This document shows, one piece after another, positions 51,001-63,432 of a stretch of DNA of 64,000 bases; the stretch's first letter is position 1; each line of letters opens with the position of its first letter. Origin of the DNA: Mobula hypostoma (lineage: Eukaryota); NCBI RefSeq assembly GCF_963921235.1, contig NC_086097.1, forward strand, positions 235,912,001 to 235,976,000, written 5' to 3'. The notes under the pieces are model-generated. The model made no database searches. It was not told where the DNA came from and saw only the letters and a program-made list of their open reading frames with translations. A program made the position numbers and the translations under genes.

Positions 51001-52419
51001 AAGTGGTTGTGTGCGCTAAATGGGTTATGAATAATAGCTAAGTCAAATCGAGCCTCATTTTTCCTTTCCTTGTTCTGTGATCCTTGAAATGGAATTTGAA
51101 ATACTGCTGACAGCATACTTATTTACAATGATGGGCTGTGAAAACCGTCTCCACTTTTTTTTCTAGGGAGGAATTAACTATATTTGCATGTACTTCCTTG
51201 TTTAAGGCAAGACTTCTGAATATAGATGTTACACCTTTTGAATAATAACATTTTATTGTATGGATTTTTAAAAAAAAAACTTCACATACTGAACTATACT
51301 ATGTTGGAATTAAATGCTGTTACTGTCACTTAACCGCTTTTATGGTGCTAGTATATAATGGATTTCATTATGGATCAGCCATGATGAACTAGTGGAACAG
51401 ACTTGATGGGCTGAATGGCCTAATTTTGCTCCTATGTCTCAGGGACTTATTTCATGTAAAATAATATGAATATGGTTATACAATCAAGATTTGTGCAAAC
51501 AGTAAGTTTTAAGAATCAATTTAGAATACCCTGAAGCAGAAAAAAATGCAATTGAATTTTAAGTCATATTAAGAGTTCAACAAGTTTGTACGTGTTATGA
51601 ACCATATTGTAACTCTACTTTAAGGAATAAAAAAAGTGGTTCCCTTTTGCAGTGCAATCATGCTTACTGTATATGACACTGTAACATTTTCTAAAAGTAA
51701 TAAAGTAATTCAGTCTCAATCCAATTCACTTTTTCATTTCAAAGTCTAAAATTCTGATTAGTTGAGAAATGTTGATAAAAGATTTGGCCCTGAAGTTCCA
51801 TCACGTAATATTTCACAATAATGATTTCACAGTGCCATACAGAATATAACTCTACCTACCTTATAACCTCCAGGTTTCCTGCTCTCATAGTCCCTGAATC
51901 CCAACACCAATTCCTCTGATCGACAATCCCCAAGTTCCCTAATTGCATGAACCACTCTTCTTTCAATACTTCATAATTTGGCAGCATAGAAACTCAGCTG
52001 GAAGAGCTCACAGCTCCATAGACCTGCATTCAATCCTGGTTTTAGGTTGATAGAAATGTGTGAAGAATAAAACAGATTAATTTGTATAGAATTTTTGTAA
52101 GTATGTAGTTGATGGTTGGTTCAGACTCAATGAACAGAAAGGCTTGTTTAGGGCTGCATGATAATCCCACAGCTCTAAAACTCCCCAATCCATTGATCAT
52201 CTTGACTCACCAATCTACTGACCCCAAACCTCACTGTCCCCTAATCCTGAACAAAATCACTCTCTGGCTCACACCATGAACTCCCACACATTAGGACTTT
52301 ATCTCTGCCCTTCCATTCACAAATGCAGACCTCCAGTCAGCCAAACTCTATCCCTGAGGACACCATCATTTTCTTATGAGGATTGTTGAATTTCAATCCT
52401 AGAGTCAAAATCCTCTATA

Positions 52420-53958
52420 TAGAAACATAGAAACATAGAAAATAGGTGCAGGAGTAGGCCATTCGGCCCTTCGAGCCTGCACCGCCATTTATTATGATCA
52501 TGGCTGATCATCCAACTCAGAACCCCACCCCAGCCTTCCCTCCATACCCCCTGACCCCCGTAGCCACAAGGGCCATATCTAACTCCCTCTTAAATATAGC
52601 CAATGAACTGGCCTCAACAGTTTCCTGTGGCAGAGAATTCCACAGATTCACCACTCTCTGTGTGAAGAAGTTTTTCCTAATCTCGGTCCTAAAAGGCTTC
52701 CCCTCTATCCTCAAACTGTGATCCCTCGTTCTGGACTTCCCCAACATCGGGAACAATTCTTCCTGCATCTAGCCTGTCCAATCCCTTTAGGATCTTATAC
52801 GTTTCAATCAGATCCCCCCTCAATCTTCTAAATTCCAACGAGTACAAGCCCAATTCATCCAGTCTTTCTTCATATGAAAGTCCTGCCATCCCAGGAATCA
52901 ATCTGGTGAACCTTCTTTGTACTCCCTCTATGGCAAAGATGTCTTTCCTCAGATTAGGGGACCAAAACTGCACACAATACTCCAGGTGTGGTCTCACCAA
53001 GGCCTTGTACAACTGCAGTAGTACTGCCCTGCTCCTGTACTCGAATCCTCTCGCTATAAATGCCAGCATACCATTCGCCTTTTTCACCGCCTGCTGTACC
53101 TGCATGCCCACTTTCAATGACTGGTGTATAATGACACCCAGGTCTCGTTGCACCTCCCCTTTTCCTAATCGGCCACCATTCAGATAATAATCTGTTTTCC
53201 TATTTTTGCCACCAAAGTGGATAACTTCACATTTATCCACATTAAATTGCATCTGCCATGAATTTGCCCACTCACCCAACCTATCCAAGTCACCCTGCAT
53301 CCTCTTAGCATCCTCCTCACTGCTAACACTGCCACCCAGCTTCGTGTCATCCGCAAACTTGGAGATGCTGCATTTAATTCCCTCATCCAAGTCATTAATA
53401 TATATTGTAAACAACTGGGGTTCCAGCACTGAGCCTTGCGGTACCCCACTAGTCACCGCCTGCCATTCTGAAAAGGACCCGTTTATTCCCACTCTTTGCT
53501 TCCTGTCTGCTAACCAATTCTCCACCCACACCAATACCTTACCCCCAATACCGTGTGCTTTAAGTTTGCACACTAATCTCCTGTGTGGGACCTTGTCAAA
53601 AGCCTTTTGAAAATCCAAATATACCACATCCACTGGTTCTCCCCTATCCACTCCACTAGTTACATCCTCAAAAAATTCTATGAGATTCGTCAGACATGAT
53701 TTTCCTTTTACAAATCCATGCTGACTTTGTCCTATCATTTCACTGCTTTCCAAATGTGCTGTTATCACATCCTTGATAACTGACTCCAGCAGTTTCCCCA
53801 CCACTGACGTTAGGCTAACCGGTCTATAATTCCCTGGTTTCTCTCTCCCTCCTTTTTTAAAAAGTGGGGTTACATTAGCCACCCTCCAATCCTCAGGAAC
53901 TAGTCCAGAATCTAACGAGTTTTGAAAAATTATCACTAATGCATCCACTATTTCTTGG
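52420..53958 (-). mobile_element. Young CR1 (RT and 3' end)
   Basis: (CATAGAAA)n tail at 52420; nearly identical to 37490-39027. Confidence 0.95.
52517..53948 (-). pseudogene. CR1 ORF2 RT domain, open for ~400 codons, then one frameshift near 52760
   Basis: 419-aa ORF with YRPVSLTS, DFQKAFDKVPH, GVPQGSVL and KFADDT; 5'-truncated. Confidence 0.9.
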
Positions 53959-54169
53959 AAGTTCCACTATATAGTCTGTTAAAAGTTGCACTAATGTGGC
54001 AATGGTTAAAGTAACCAATGTTACATGAAAAGAAGATTGGAAAAGATTAGTTTTATTTGTACATCAAAGCATACAGTGAAATGAGTTGTTTTGCGTCAAA
54101 TCATATCAGCGAAGATTAGGCTAGGCAGCCCGCAAGTATTGTACTTCCAGTGCCAATGTGGCATGCCCA

Positions 54170-54720
54170 GAATCAGTTTGATATCATTGGCATATGTCAT
54201 GAAATTCGTTGTCTTTGCAGCAGCTGTACAATGCAATGCATAATAATAGGAAAAATACTTTGAATAACAGTAAGAATATATGTATATTAAATTGTTAAAT
54301 TGAATAAGTAGTGTAAAAATAGAAATTAAAAATTAATGAGATAGTGTTCATGAGTTTAATGTCCATTCAGAAATCAGATGGCAGTGAGGAAGAAGCTGTT
54401 CCTGAATCACTGAGTGTAGCTCCTTCCTGAAGGTAAAAATGAGAACGAGACATGATCTGGGTGTTAGGAGTCCTTAATGATGGACGCTGTCTTTTTGAGG
54501 CATCGCACCTTGAGGATGTCCTGGATATCACGGAAGCTAGTCCCCAAGATGGAGCTGACTAAAAGCACACTAACCGTACATCTTTTGAATGTGGGAGGAA
54601 AGCAGAGTACCTGGAGAAAACTGAATGGAATCAAGGGGAGAATGTACAAACTCCTTTAAAAAAAATCCTGGTTCTACAACTGACACTGTAATGCGTTGTG
54701 CTAACTGCTTCATTACTCTG
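54170..54720 (-). mobile_element. Rex1/Babar 3' fragment (54170-54560) followed by a V-SINE fragment (54570-54720)
   Basis: ORF 54464-54649(-) RCLKKTASIIKDS; then GGGAGGAAAGCAGAG..GGAGAATGTACAAACTCC. Confidence 0.7.
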
Positions 54721-55879
54721 CTGACCCCTTTTGTTTTTCGAAGCTAACACTTAGACTTTGGAACAATTATTCTTTTAATGCTTGCACATGTGTTTCAATC
54801 CACAATACATTACAGTGCTGTTGAATACGTAAAGCAGATACTGAACACCTTGATGATTTCAACTACGTCTTCAAAGCATACGTAATCTGTATCACACAAA
54901 GTTTAATCCTCAAACATTTGTGACTTGCAACTGACATGAGTTGCAGTGTAGGATAATAATTCCTCTCTGTTAGAAGTGCTTTATCTTTAAGAGCTTGAGA
55001 AAAGTCAAAGCCCAGTGCTTGAAAGAACATGAATCTGCGGCCCACCATTTCAGTTTGGTGTGTCTTGCAACAAAAATTTAGCCCAGTTATTCAGACCACT
55101 CTGGCTGAATTTCTCTCAATCAAATGCATTAATTGTGTGATATGATAGTTGGGGGGGCCACATTGAAATCTACTGAAATTCAGATCTATTGATTCCAATA
55201 GGACCAAATTTTGGGAGCCTTAAACAAGGTGGAGTCTGTGACATATACACTCTGGGTATATTGCCAAGAAGATGTGTGCCACATACACAGAAACTTCCAG
55301 AAATGTATTACAGGTCAGGCAACATCTGCAAAAAGCAAAACAAGGTTGAAATTTCAGGTTGCAGACCTGAACCTAGATATACCACGTCTTCCTGAAAATT
55401 TCCAGTCTTCTCTCAAAACTTCTTTCTCTTTGAAATCATTAAAATTCTTTTTATAGCAATTGACACAGATCCATCCTGTGTATAGAAAGATAGCTGTTCA
55501 CGTTTAAATTCACAGAATTGATCCTGATCTGATATGAAAATAGTTGGAAAATGGAAATATATTTTTAGGCATGCTTTATTAACAAGACAATGCGCAATGA
55601 CAGTTTTTCTATGCTGGAAGTGCCATTGGAGATGAAACTGAACCTGTGATTCCATTCATGTATGGAACTAAGAGAAAGAACAGGAACAAAATTGCAAGGA
55701 AAACCAGATCACAAACCTGAAACAGGATTTTGTCACTTTAAATCTCTAACAACTTATCAAACTTCTGTCAGTCATAGTTTTCTTACAAATATCTGTAAAG
55801 ATACTTTGCCCACCAGGGTGCATTATTGGAAGTTTTATTTTAATGGAGCATCACATTACTTTGTACACTTTGATATTGG

Positions 55880-56325
55880 GATTAGAATTGGTTTATTATT
55901 GTCACATATACCAAGATACGGACAAGAGCATGTTTTTTGTATTGTTCATTCAGATCAAGACTTTACACAATGCATTGAGATAGAATATGGTAAAACCATA
56001 ACAGTACAAAATAAGGTACAAAAATATCAAAAAAGTGCAGTGCAGTTAAATCTTATAAAGAGGTAGATTGTGAGGTTAAGAGTCTATCTTATTGTCTAAA
56101 ACAGGGGTTCCTAACCTGAGGTCAACGGGCCCCTCAGTTAATTGTAGAGGTCCAAGGCATAGAAAAGTTTGGGAAACCCTGGTCTAAGAAGTCCATTCAG
56201 GAGTCTGATGACAGTGGGATACAAGTACTGTAGACCTTGAACCCACTGGGATATATTTTCAGGCTTTTGTATCTTCTGCCTGATAGGATAGGGGAGAAGA
56301 GAGAATGGCTGGGGTGTGTTATTAT
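55880..56325 (-). mobile_element. Rex1-type 3' fragment hosting a MITE
   Basis: GAATTGGTTTATTATTGTCACAT tail and TTCAGGCTTTTGTATCTTCTGCCTGAT (reverse complement of SGRRYKSL). Confidence 0.6.
56102..56181. mobile_element. 80-bp hAT (Charlie-like) MITE
   Basis: Imperfect TIRs CAGGGGTTCCTAACCT / AGTTTGGGAAACCCTG; 8-bp TSD GTCTAAAA / GTCTAAGA. Confidence 0.8.
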
Positions 56326-56806
56326 GTTGGCTAGAAGCCTTTATAAATTTATAGCTTCATTTTTTTCACGGTTTGTTCCCACCTCTTTATCTTCTATGCA
56401 AAGCTGCAGCCGTGTTCAGCAGGAGCTACCTTTCCTGAATGCCTCATTTGAGTGGTCATTCTTAGCAACTGAACCTAAACAGGGAGGAAGTTATTCATAC
56501 ATGGCAAGTACTTGTACCCCTCCAGCTTCTGAGCTCAAATTGTGCTTTGCAAGATGCATTTTTCAAAGGTTGTGAAGAGTTAGGTTTCTGCTTTTTTTTT
56601 CTCTGTAGTTCAGGGACATTCATTTTAACTAATGGCACTTGGAAAACAAGAAATTACTTTCAACATAAACAATTCACCACTAATTATCATGGAGGAAGTA
56701 AGCATTATGAGTCGTTTCATTAAAACATTTTCCCAGTAGGAAAATCAGTAAGAATGTATAGTATTATGGAAATGACTAAGGGTCAAAATTCTTTTCATTT
56801 CATTTA

Positions 56807-57492
56807 GACAATAGACAATAGGTGCAGGAGTAGGCCATTTGGCCCTTTGAGCCAGCACCACCATTCACTGTGATCATAGCTGATCATCCACAATCAGTAC
56901 CCCGTTCCTGCCTTCTCCCCATATCCCTTCACTCCACTATCATTAAGAGCTCTATCTAATCTTTCTTGAAAGCATCCGGAGAATTGGCCTCCACTGCCTT
57001 CTGAGGCAGAGCATTTCACAGATCCACAACTCTCTGGGTGAAAAAGTTTTTCCTCAACTCCGTTCTAAATGGCCTACCCCTTATTCTCAAACTGTGGCCT
57101 CTGGTTCTGGACTCCCCCAACATCGGGAACATGTTTCCTGCCTCTAGCGTGTCCAATCCCTTAATAATCTTATATGTTTCAATCAGATTCCCTCTCATCC
57201 TTCTAAATTCCAGTATATACAAGCCCAGTCGCACCAATCTTTCAACATATAACAGTCCCATCATCCTGGGAATTAACCTCGTGAACCTCAGCTGCACTCC
57301 CTCAATAGCAAGAATGTCCTTCCTCAAATTTGGAGACCAAAACTGTACACAATACTCCAGGTATGGTCTCACCAGGGCCCTGTACAACTGCAGAAGGACC
57401 TCTTTGCTCCTATACTCAAGTCCTCTTGTTATGAAGGCCAGCATACCATTAGCTTTCTTCACTGCCTGCTGTACTTGCATGCTTACTTTCAA
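56807..57492 (-). mobile_element. CR1 3' fragment
   Basis: ORF 57016-57492 [26 protein letters not shown]; (TAGACAA)n tail. Confidence 0.9.
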
Positions 57493-57499
57493 TTAGAGG

Positions 57500-57722
57500 T
57501 ATAGAAAGTCAACCCAGCTCTACTAGACGATGCCACCCAATTGACCAATTAGCCTACTAATCTGTATGTCTTTGGAATGTGGAAGGAAACCAGAGCACAA
57601 GGAGGAAACCCACACAGTCACGGGGAAAAACGTATGAACTCCTTACAGACAATGATGGGAATTGAACCCTTGGTGCAGGTTCTGTAATAACTTTGTGCTG
57701 ACCACTACTCTACTGTACCGCC
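57500..57722 (-). mobile_element. V-SINE (HE1-like)
   Basis: GTCTTTGGAATGTGGAAGGAAACC..GAACTCCTTACAGAC..GGAATTGAACCC (reverse-complement B-box). Confidence 0.75.
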
Positions 57723-58436
57723 TGATTCCAATGCACGGAACATACTAGAAATATAAAATCACACTCCATTGCCAGCAATTTCTAATTAATGTCAATGAGC
57801 CATCTTGAGGGCCTTTATAATGAATTGCTTATATTCATGAAGAGTGAGCATTGGGATCAGAGGATTTACCAGTTACAATCAAGTGCCCTGTGCTGCGCTC
57901 CTGTAATGAAATCACTCAGATGAAGGATGCAACATAATTGTGTTGGTGTCAGTAGCAAATCCTCTGCAATCTTCTGCTACCAGCGACCAACACCACTGGG
58001 AGGTCTGTTCAACTGTTATTAACAGACAATTGATCTGCACACAGTTTTCAATGGGCATTGCTTTAACCACAGGAAGCAAACAAGGGCAAGGTTGCAGGTT
58101 GCCAGAGATAGCAGATAGCATGAACACTATATTAATTGGAAACACTCTTCTGACATCTAGTTGTAATGAGCTGTGACCACAGTGAGAAGCAGTGATGAGA
58201 ACATCTATTAGAAAAGATGTAAAGACTGTATTTTTCACAGAATGACTCCAGTCATTGCTTGCAATCTGAACAGTGCTAGATAGTCAATGTCACCAAGGAA
58301 CTCAATACCTATGAACAGGTATTTCAACATTAATAATGCAAGCACCTGTATCTTTAGGAGGTTATTTATTAAGCCTCGATATTCTCCTTTCAGGGAAGGG
58401 ATTAGTATTTTAAAACCCCTAACGTGCGGAGAATTA

Positions 58437-59180
58437 TAGAACATAGAACACAGAGCTCCACAGACCCTTTGGCCCACCATGTTGTTCTGACCTTTTAATC
58501 GACTCTCAGGGGTATGGATAGGGTAAATGCAAGCAGACTTTTCCCAGTGAGGTTGGGGTGGAACTACAACTGGAGGTCATGTGTTAAGAGTGAAAGGTAA
58601 AACTTTTAAGGGAAATCTTCATCAATCAGAGGGTTGTGAGAGTGTAGAATGAGCTGCCAGCACAGGTGGTGCATGTGAGCTTGATTTCAGGATTTAAGAG
58701 AAGTTTGGATAGGCGCATGGATGATAGGGCTATGGAGGGCTGATAGAAGTAGGCAGTTTAAATGGTTTGGCATGAACTAGATGGGCCAAAGGGCCTGTTT
58801 CTGTGCGTTACTTTTCTATGACTCTATCAATCTAACCCTTCCCTCCCACAGAGTTCTCCATTTTTTATTATCTATGCAATGAAGAATCAAAAATCACCCA
58901 GTTATAAGAAAAAAGGAAAACATATTATGACCATAAGACCATAAGACATAGAAGCAGAATTAGGCCATTCAGCCCATCAAGTCTGCTCTGCCATTCTATT
59001 ATGGCTGATGCTGGATCCTACTCAACCTCACACGTCTGCCTTCTCGTCATATGATGCCCTGACTCATCCGGAAACTATTGATTTTCGCTTTAAATATACC
59101 CATGTTCTTGGACTCCACAGCTGTCTGTGGCAGAGCATTCCACGGATTCACTAAACTCTGGCTAAAACAATCCTCCTTAA
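58437..59180. mobile_element. Cluster of CR1 tails: a minus tail split by a plus fragment at 58508-58825, and a second minus tail at 58928-59180
   Basis: ATAGAACATAGAAC and ACCATAAGACCATAAGAC tails; GACTCT direct repeat around the plus insert. Confidence 0.75.
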
Positions 59181-59334
59181 CCTGTTCTCTGTTGTCTGCA
59201 TAATGCTACGTATTCTGAAACCGACTGAGGAAAGCCGGTGGATCAGTGATCAAGCCTTTCTGAGAGGTGACTTTGTAAATTCCCAGTTGAGCCTGCTGCA
59301 TCAGGCACTGGTGATTTTTAAAAATTTTTTATTG

Positions 59335-59597
59335 GGATACAGCTCAGTGTAGGCCCTTCCGGCCCTTCGAGTTGCAATGCCAAGCAGCCCCCGATTTAAC
59401 CCTGGCTGGATCAAGGGACAACTTACAATGATCAGTTAACCTACCAGCTGGGACGTCTTTGCAATGTGTGAGGAAACCGGAGCGCCCAAAGGAAACCTGT
59501 ACAGTCATGCGGAGAACATGCAAAGTCCTTACAGGCGGTGGTCGGAAAAGAAGCTGCGTCACTTGTACTGTAAAGCATTGTGCTAACCACTATGCCA
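59335..59597 (-). mobile_element. V-SINE (HE1-like)
   Basis: GTCTTTGCAATGTGTGAGGAAACCGGAGCG..GGAGAACATGCAAAGTCC..GCTAACCACTATGCC. Confidence 0.75.
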
Positions 59598-59769
59598 GCA
59601 TAAAGTGTTCAATACTGGCTTTCCATTGCTGCTTCTTGGCCAATTGTTCTGAATGTACTTTGTTAAGCTGCACCAAGCTGTTACAAAACCCACTCAATCA
59701 ATCTTGAGGATATCAGACCTTAAATAAAATTAAGAAGACACTCATTATAAGGAAACTCATTGTAAGTAC

Positions 59770-61347
59770 TATTACGTACCCCGTAACGGGTTAAAGAACC
59801 AGCAGGAATGGAAAACCTTGGAGTCTGGTATTGCTGTTCACTAAAGCTTGTTCATTAGTAACTAAAGTAAAGTAAAGGCATCCGTTAGTCTTGCGAGACC
59901 ACGGATCTGCACCTGGGAAGCCTTCACTCTCCAGGGCACAGGCCTGGGCAAGGTTGTATGGAAGACAGGCAGTTGCCCATGCTGCAAGTCTCCCCTCTCC
60001 ACGAAACCAATGTTGTCCAAGGGAAGGGCATTAGGACCCATACAGCTTGGCACCAGTGTCGTCGCAGAGCAATGTGTGATTAGGTGCCTTGCTCAAGGAC
60101 ACAACACGTTGCCTCGGCTGGGGCTTGAACTCACGACCTTCAGGTTGCTAGTCCAATGCCTTAACCACAATACAGTACTATATAACCAGATAAATCACAC
60201 AGGTTAGCAGAATTTAGGCATATACAGGTGTGTAAATATAGAACCCAAACTTCTTCAAACTTGGGTGGTAAGGGATACAGTCTTACGATGGAATGTAAGA
60301 TAGTTCAGTTCAATGCTCAGGTTAATTAATCAGAGATATTTGCAATCGAAAAGGCGAATGTTGTGAGAAGGCAATTACGTCGATATTCCACAGATTCCAT
60401 GACAGTAATACAAGATAATGATAGTAGTAGGTTTTATCTCCAAAGTTGTTCCACTCTGCACACAAAGTATCACCGACAGTGATCTTCAACGAATATCCTT
60501 TCAACACAAGTGGTACCACACCCGAATTCAGCTATGGGTCATCCCAAAGTGGTGGCCAGAGGGTACTCAAACAGAATCCATGTGTGGATTATCACCAACA
60601 GTAACTTATCACTGAGGTAGCATCTTCAAGTGGTAAAACTACCAACCCAAGCAAGGATTATCACACAGAGGTAGTTTCCACACAAGTTTACCCCAAACAC
60701 ACAACTGTGATAGCCACTTATCCAGTTCCACGACATACGAAATAACTCCAACAGTGATTTGCCACAGGGGTACCTTTCTTCAGTGAACTACCACACCTAA
60801 ACAAGGGTAACACACAAGTGGTATTCACAAAGGTACCTCCCTCACCAGAGAACCCACTCTTGTGGATTAACTACGTGACAGTCACACCTTCGTATTCGAA
60901 TGGAACTCAAACTCACCCTCACGGGCTACTTAGAGAGAGAGTCCAAACAGTGATCTCTTTGTCACTAGGTTCCTTCTGTTTCAAACATTCCTCTCCCCTT
61001 TTCTCCTCCCGCAAACTTGTTCTGGTTGCAGACAACTTGTGAGAGTCATTTATCAATACTCAGGATCGATCTCAACTCACCCATTTTGGGCTACTGAAAG
61101 TTTAAACCAGGACCTCACTCGCTGGTGTCTTTCATTGACCAAATCCATCTTGACTCTGAGCATGTGTTTCTCTGTGTCTGTAACTGTCCTTGTAAAAAGT
61201 AAACACGCTGCAGAGAAACCATAACACGAGCGGAAAGGCAGACTCTGTCCCTCTCTTTCTCAGCAGAAATCCAAAAGTTAGTCTCAGTTCTCTCTTGTGC
61301 TTAAAGTGACAGTCCACATCAAAAAGGAACCCTAGGGGTACATAACA
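59770..61347. mobile_element. Solo LTR with 13-bp inverted termini and 4-bp GTAC TSD
   Basis: TATTACGTACCCC ... GGGGTACATAACA; GTAC at 59766-59769 and 61348-61351. No coding remnants. Confidence 0.8.
59863..60168 (-). mobile_element. tRNA-derived SINE with RTE-like tail, nested in the LTR
   Basis: Minus strand: GTGGTTAAGG..GAGTTCAAGCCCC (A/B boxes), GTGTCCTTGAGCAAGGCAC, tail GACTAACGGATGCC(TTTAC)n. Confidence 0.75.
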
Positions 61348-62547
61348 GTACCCGAATATTACTGCCACACATTTAGGATACAGGGCTATCTTGATTCGAT
61401 GTTCCTTTTTGCACCTTGTGGCACTGGGCAGCATTTTTGCCGTTTCCATACCATTTGACTATTTTTTTCCTGAAGCAGAGTTGCTAGCTAGCTCAACATT
61501 CAAGCAGTGCCCCCGGATTTGAACTTGGGACCATTTGCCTCAGGTAGGATTTGAACTCGGAACCATTGACCTTAAAGTCTGCTGCTGATACCACTGCACC
61601 ACCAGCTGGGTTAAGATCTAGCTTGCATTGCTGTACACCTTTAAGGATGTTATAGGCACCTGCCTCAAAATGAAAAGTTTTCAGAATTTCAGGAAAGCTG
61701 ATAGATCACACAGGACCCTGTGTTGCCTCGAGATTGGCCTATGAACAGCAATTTCCAGGTTGGAATGCTTCTGGTCTGCAAGTTCAGTGAATTTTTCTCT
61801 GAACAAGATCTAGTTTTGATTTTACACAGAGGAATCCACAATGACTAGATGCATTGCAAGCAAGATGCATAGTCTGAGATTCAGAATGTTTTTATGCTTA
61901 ATGGAAAATCTTTTTCATATTGAAAAAAAATAAATAATTATGATCAGTTGGCAATTAATATTATGTAGGGAGAACAAAGTGAAGAAAGAAAAATCATTAA
62001 AAACATTTGCATTTGTGGCTTATGTGGTTGTCATTAAAGCAATAGAACTATATCTTCTTGAATGAAGGAATAAAATTCTCGAAGATATCTGAACTGTAGG
62101 CTCAAGCAACAATCCCAGAAACAGAAAATAAATTATTCTCTGACCTCCCAGTAAAATAATAAAATATTCTCAAAGCCCACATTTTAAACATTTACTTTGG
62201 AAATTAAAATTAGGAAGAATTAATTTTTTAAACACATTCAGCACTGCCAAAACTTCAATCTTGTACTTTGATGATTAAATCAACCCAAGGGAGTGAAAGG
62301 AAAACGGTGTGATTATAGATAGGGCAGTTGAAAGAATTGACATTTGGAACAGAAAGATTATTAACAGTAATTTTTCAACAAATCTTCAAAGTTTAACATT
62401 GAGTTAGCGGAAGTTAAACCATTTCCAGTTAATGTAACCCAGAAAGGAAAGACTTTCAAAAAAATGAACAAAAAAAATTCTACGAAAGTTTAAGGCCTAC
62501 AAATAAAATCAAAGTTCAAAGTTCAAAGTAAATGTTATCAAAATACA

Positions 62548-63432
62548 AGTAACACACGTCAAACTTGCTGGTGAATGCAGCAGGCCAGGCAGCATCTCTA
62601 GGAAGAGGTACAGTCGACGTTTCGGGCCGAGACCCTTCATCAGGACTAACTGAAGGATAAGCTAGTAAGAGATTTGAAAGTGGGAGGGGGAGGGGGAGAT
62701 CCGAAATGATAGGAGAAGACAGGAGGGGGAGGGATGGAGACAAGAGCTGGACAGTTGATTGGCAAAGGGGATATGAGAGGATCATTGGACAGGAGGCCTA
62801 GGGAGAAAGAAAAGGGGGGAGGGGAAAACCAGAGGATGGGCAAGAGGAATTTAATTCCACGTCCCATTCCCATTCTGATATGTCTATCCACGGCCTCCTC
62901 TACTGTAAAGATGAAGCCACACTCAGGTTGGAAGAACAACACCTTATATTCCGTCTGGGTAGCCTCCAACCTGATGGCATGAACATTGACTTCTCTAACT
63001 TCCGCTAATGCCCCTCCTCCCCCTCGTACCCCATCCGTTACTTATTTATATACACACATTCTTTTTCTCTCTCTCCTTTTTCTCCCTCTGTCCCTCTCAC
63101 TATACCCCTTGCCCATCCTCTGGGTTCCCCCCCCCCTTTTCTTTCTCCCTAGGTCTCCTGTCCCATGATCCTCTTATATCCCCTTTGCCAATCACCTGTC
63201 CAGCTCTTGGCTCCATCCCTCCTCCTCCTGTCTTCTCCTATCATTTTGGATCTCCCCCTCCCCCTCCCACTTGCAAATCTCTTACTAGCTCTTCCTTCTG
63301 TTAGTCCTGATGTAGGGTCCCGAAACATCGACTGTACCTCTTCCTAGAGATGCTGCCTGGCCTGCTGCGTTCACCAGCACCTTTGATGTGTGTTGCTTGA
63401 ATTTCCAGCATCTGCAAATTTCCTCGCGTTTG
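62548..63432. mobile_element. Penelope-like element with inverted 5' pseudo-LTR and 15-bp TSD
   Basis: Minus piece 62548-62846 and plus piece 62848-63432. TGTTATCAAAATACA at 62533-62547 and 63433-63447. Confidence 0.9.
62611..62648 (-). ncRNA. Intact minimal type I hammerhead ribozyme motif
   Basis: Minus strand reads TAGTC CTGATGA A GGGT-CTCG-GCCC GAAA CG TC GACTG: stem I, full core, stem II, and a GUC cleavage triplet with an ACGT palindrome. Confidence 0.8.

Noticed and set aside
57941..57992. Imperfect hairpin TGTTGGT..GTAGCA / TGCTAC..ACCAACA as a pre-miRNA
   Set aside because: The stem is too short and interrupted, and I recognise no miRNA.
60110..60168. tRNA gene (also 5965-6025 and 61545-61610)
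   Set aside because: A/B boxes are present but they are SINE heads without a complete cloverleaf.
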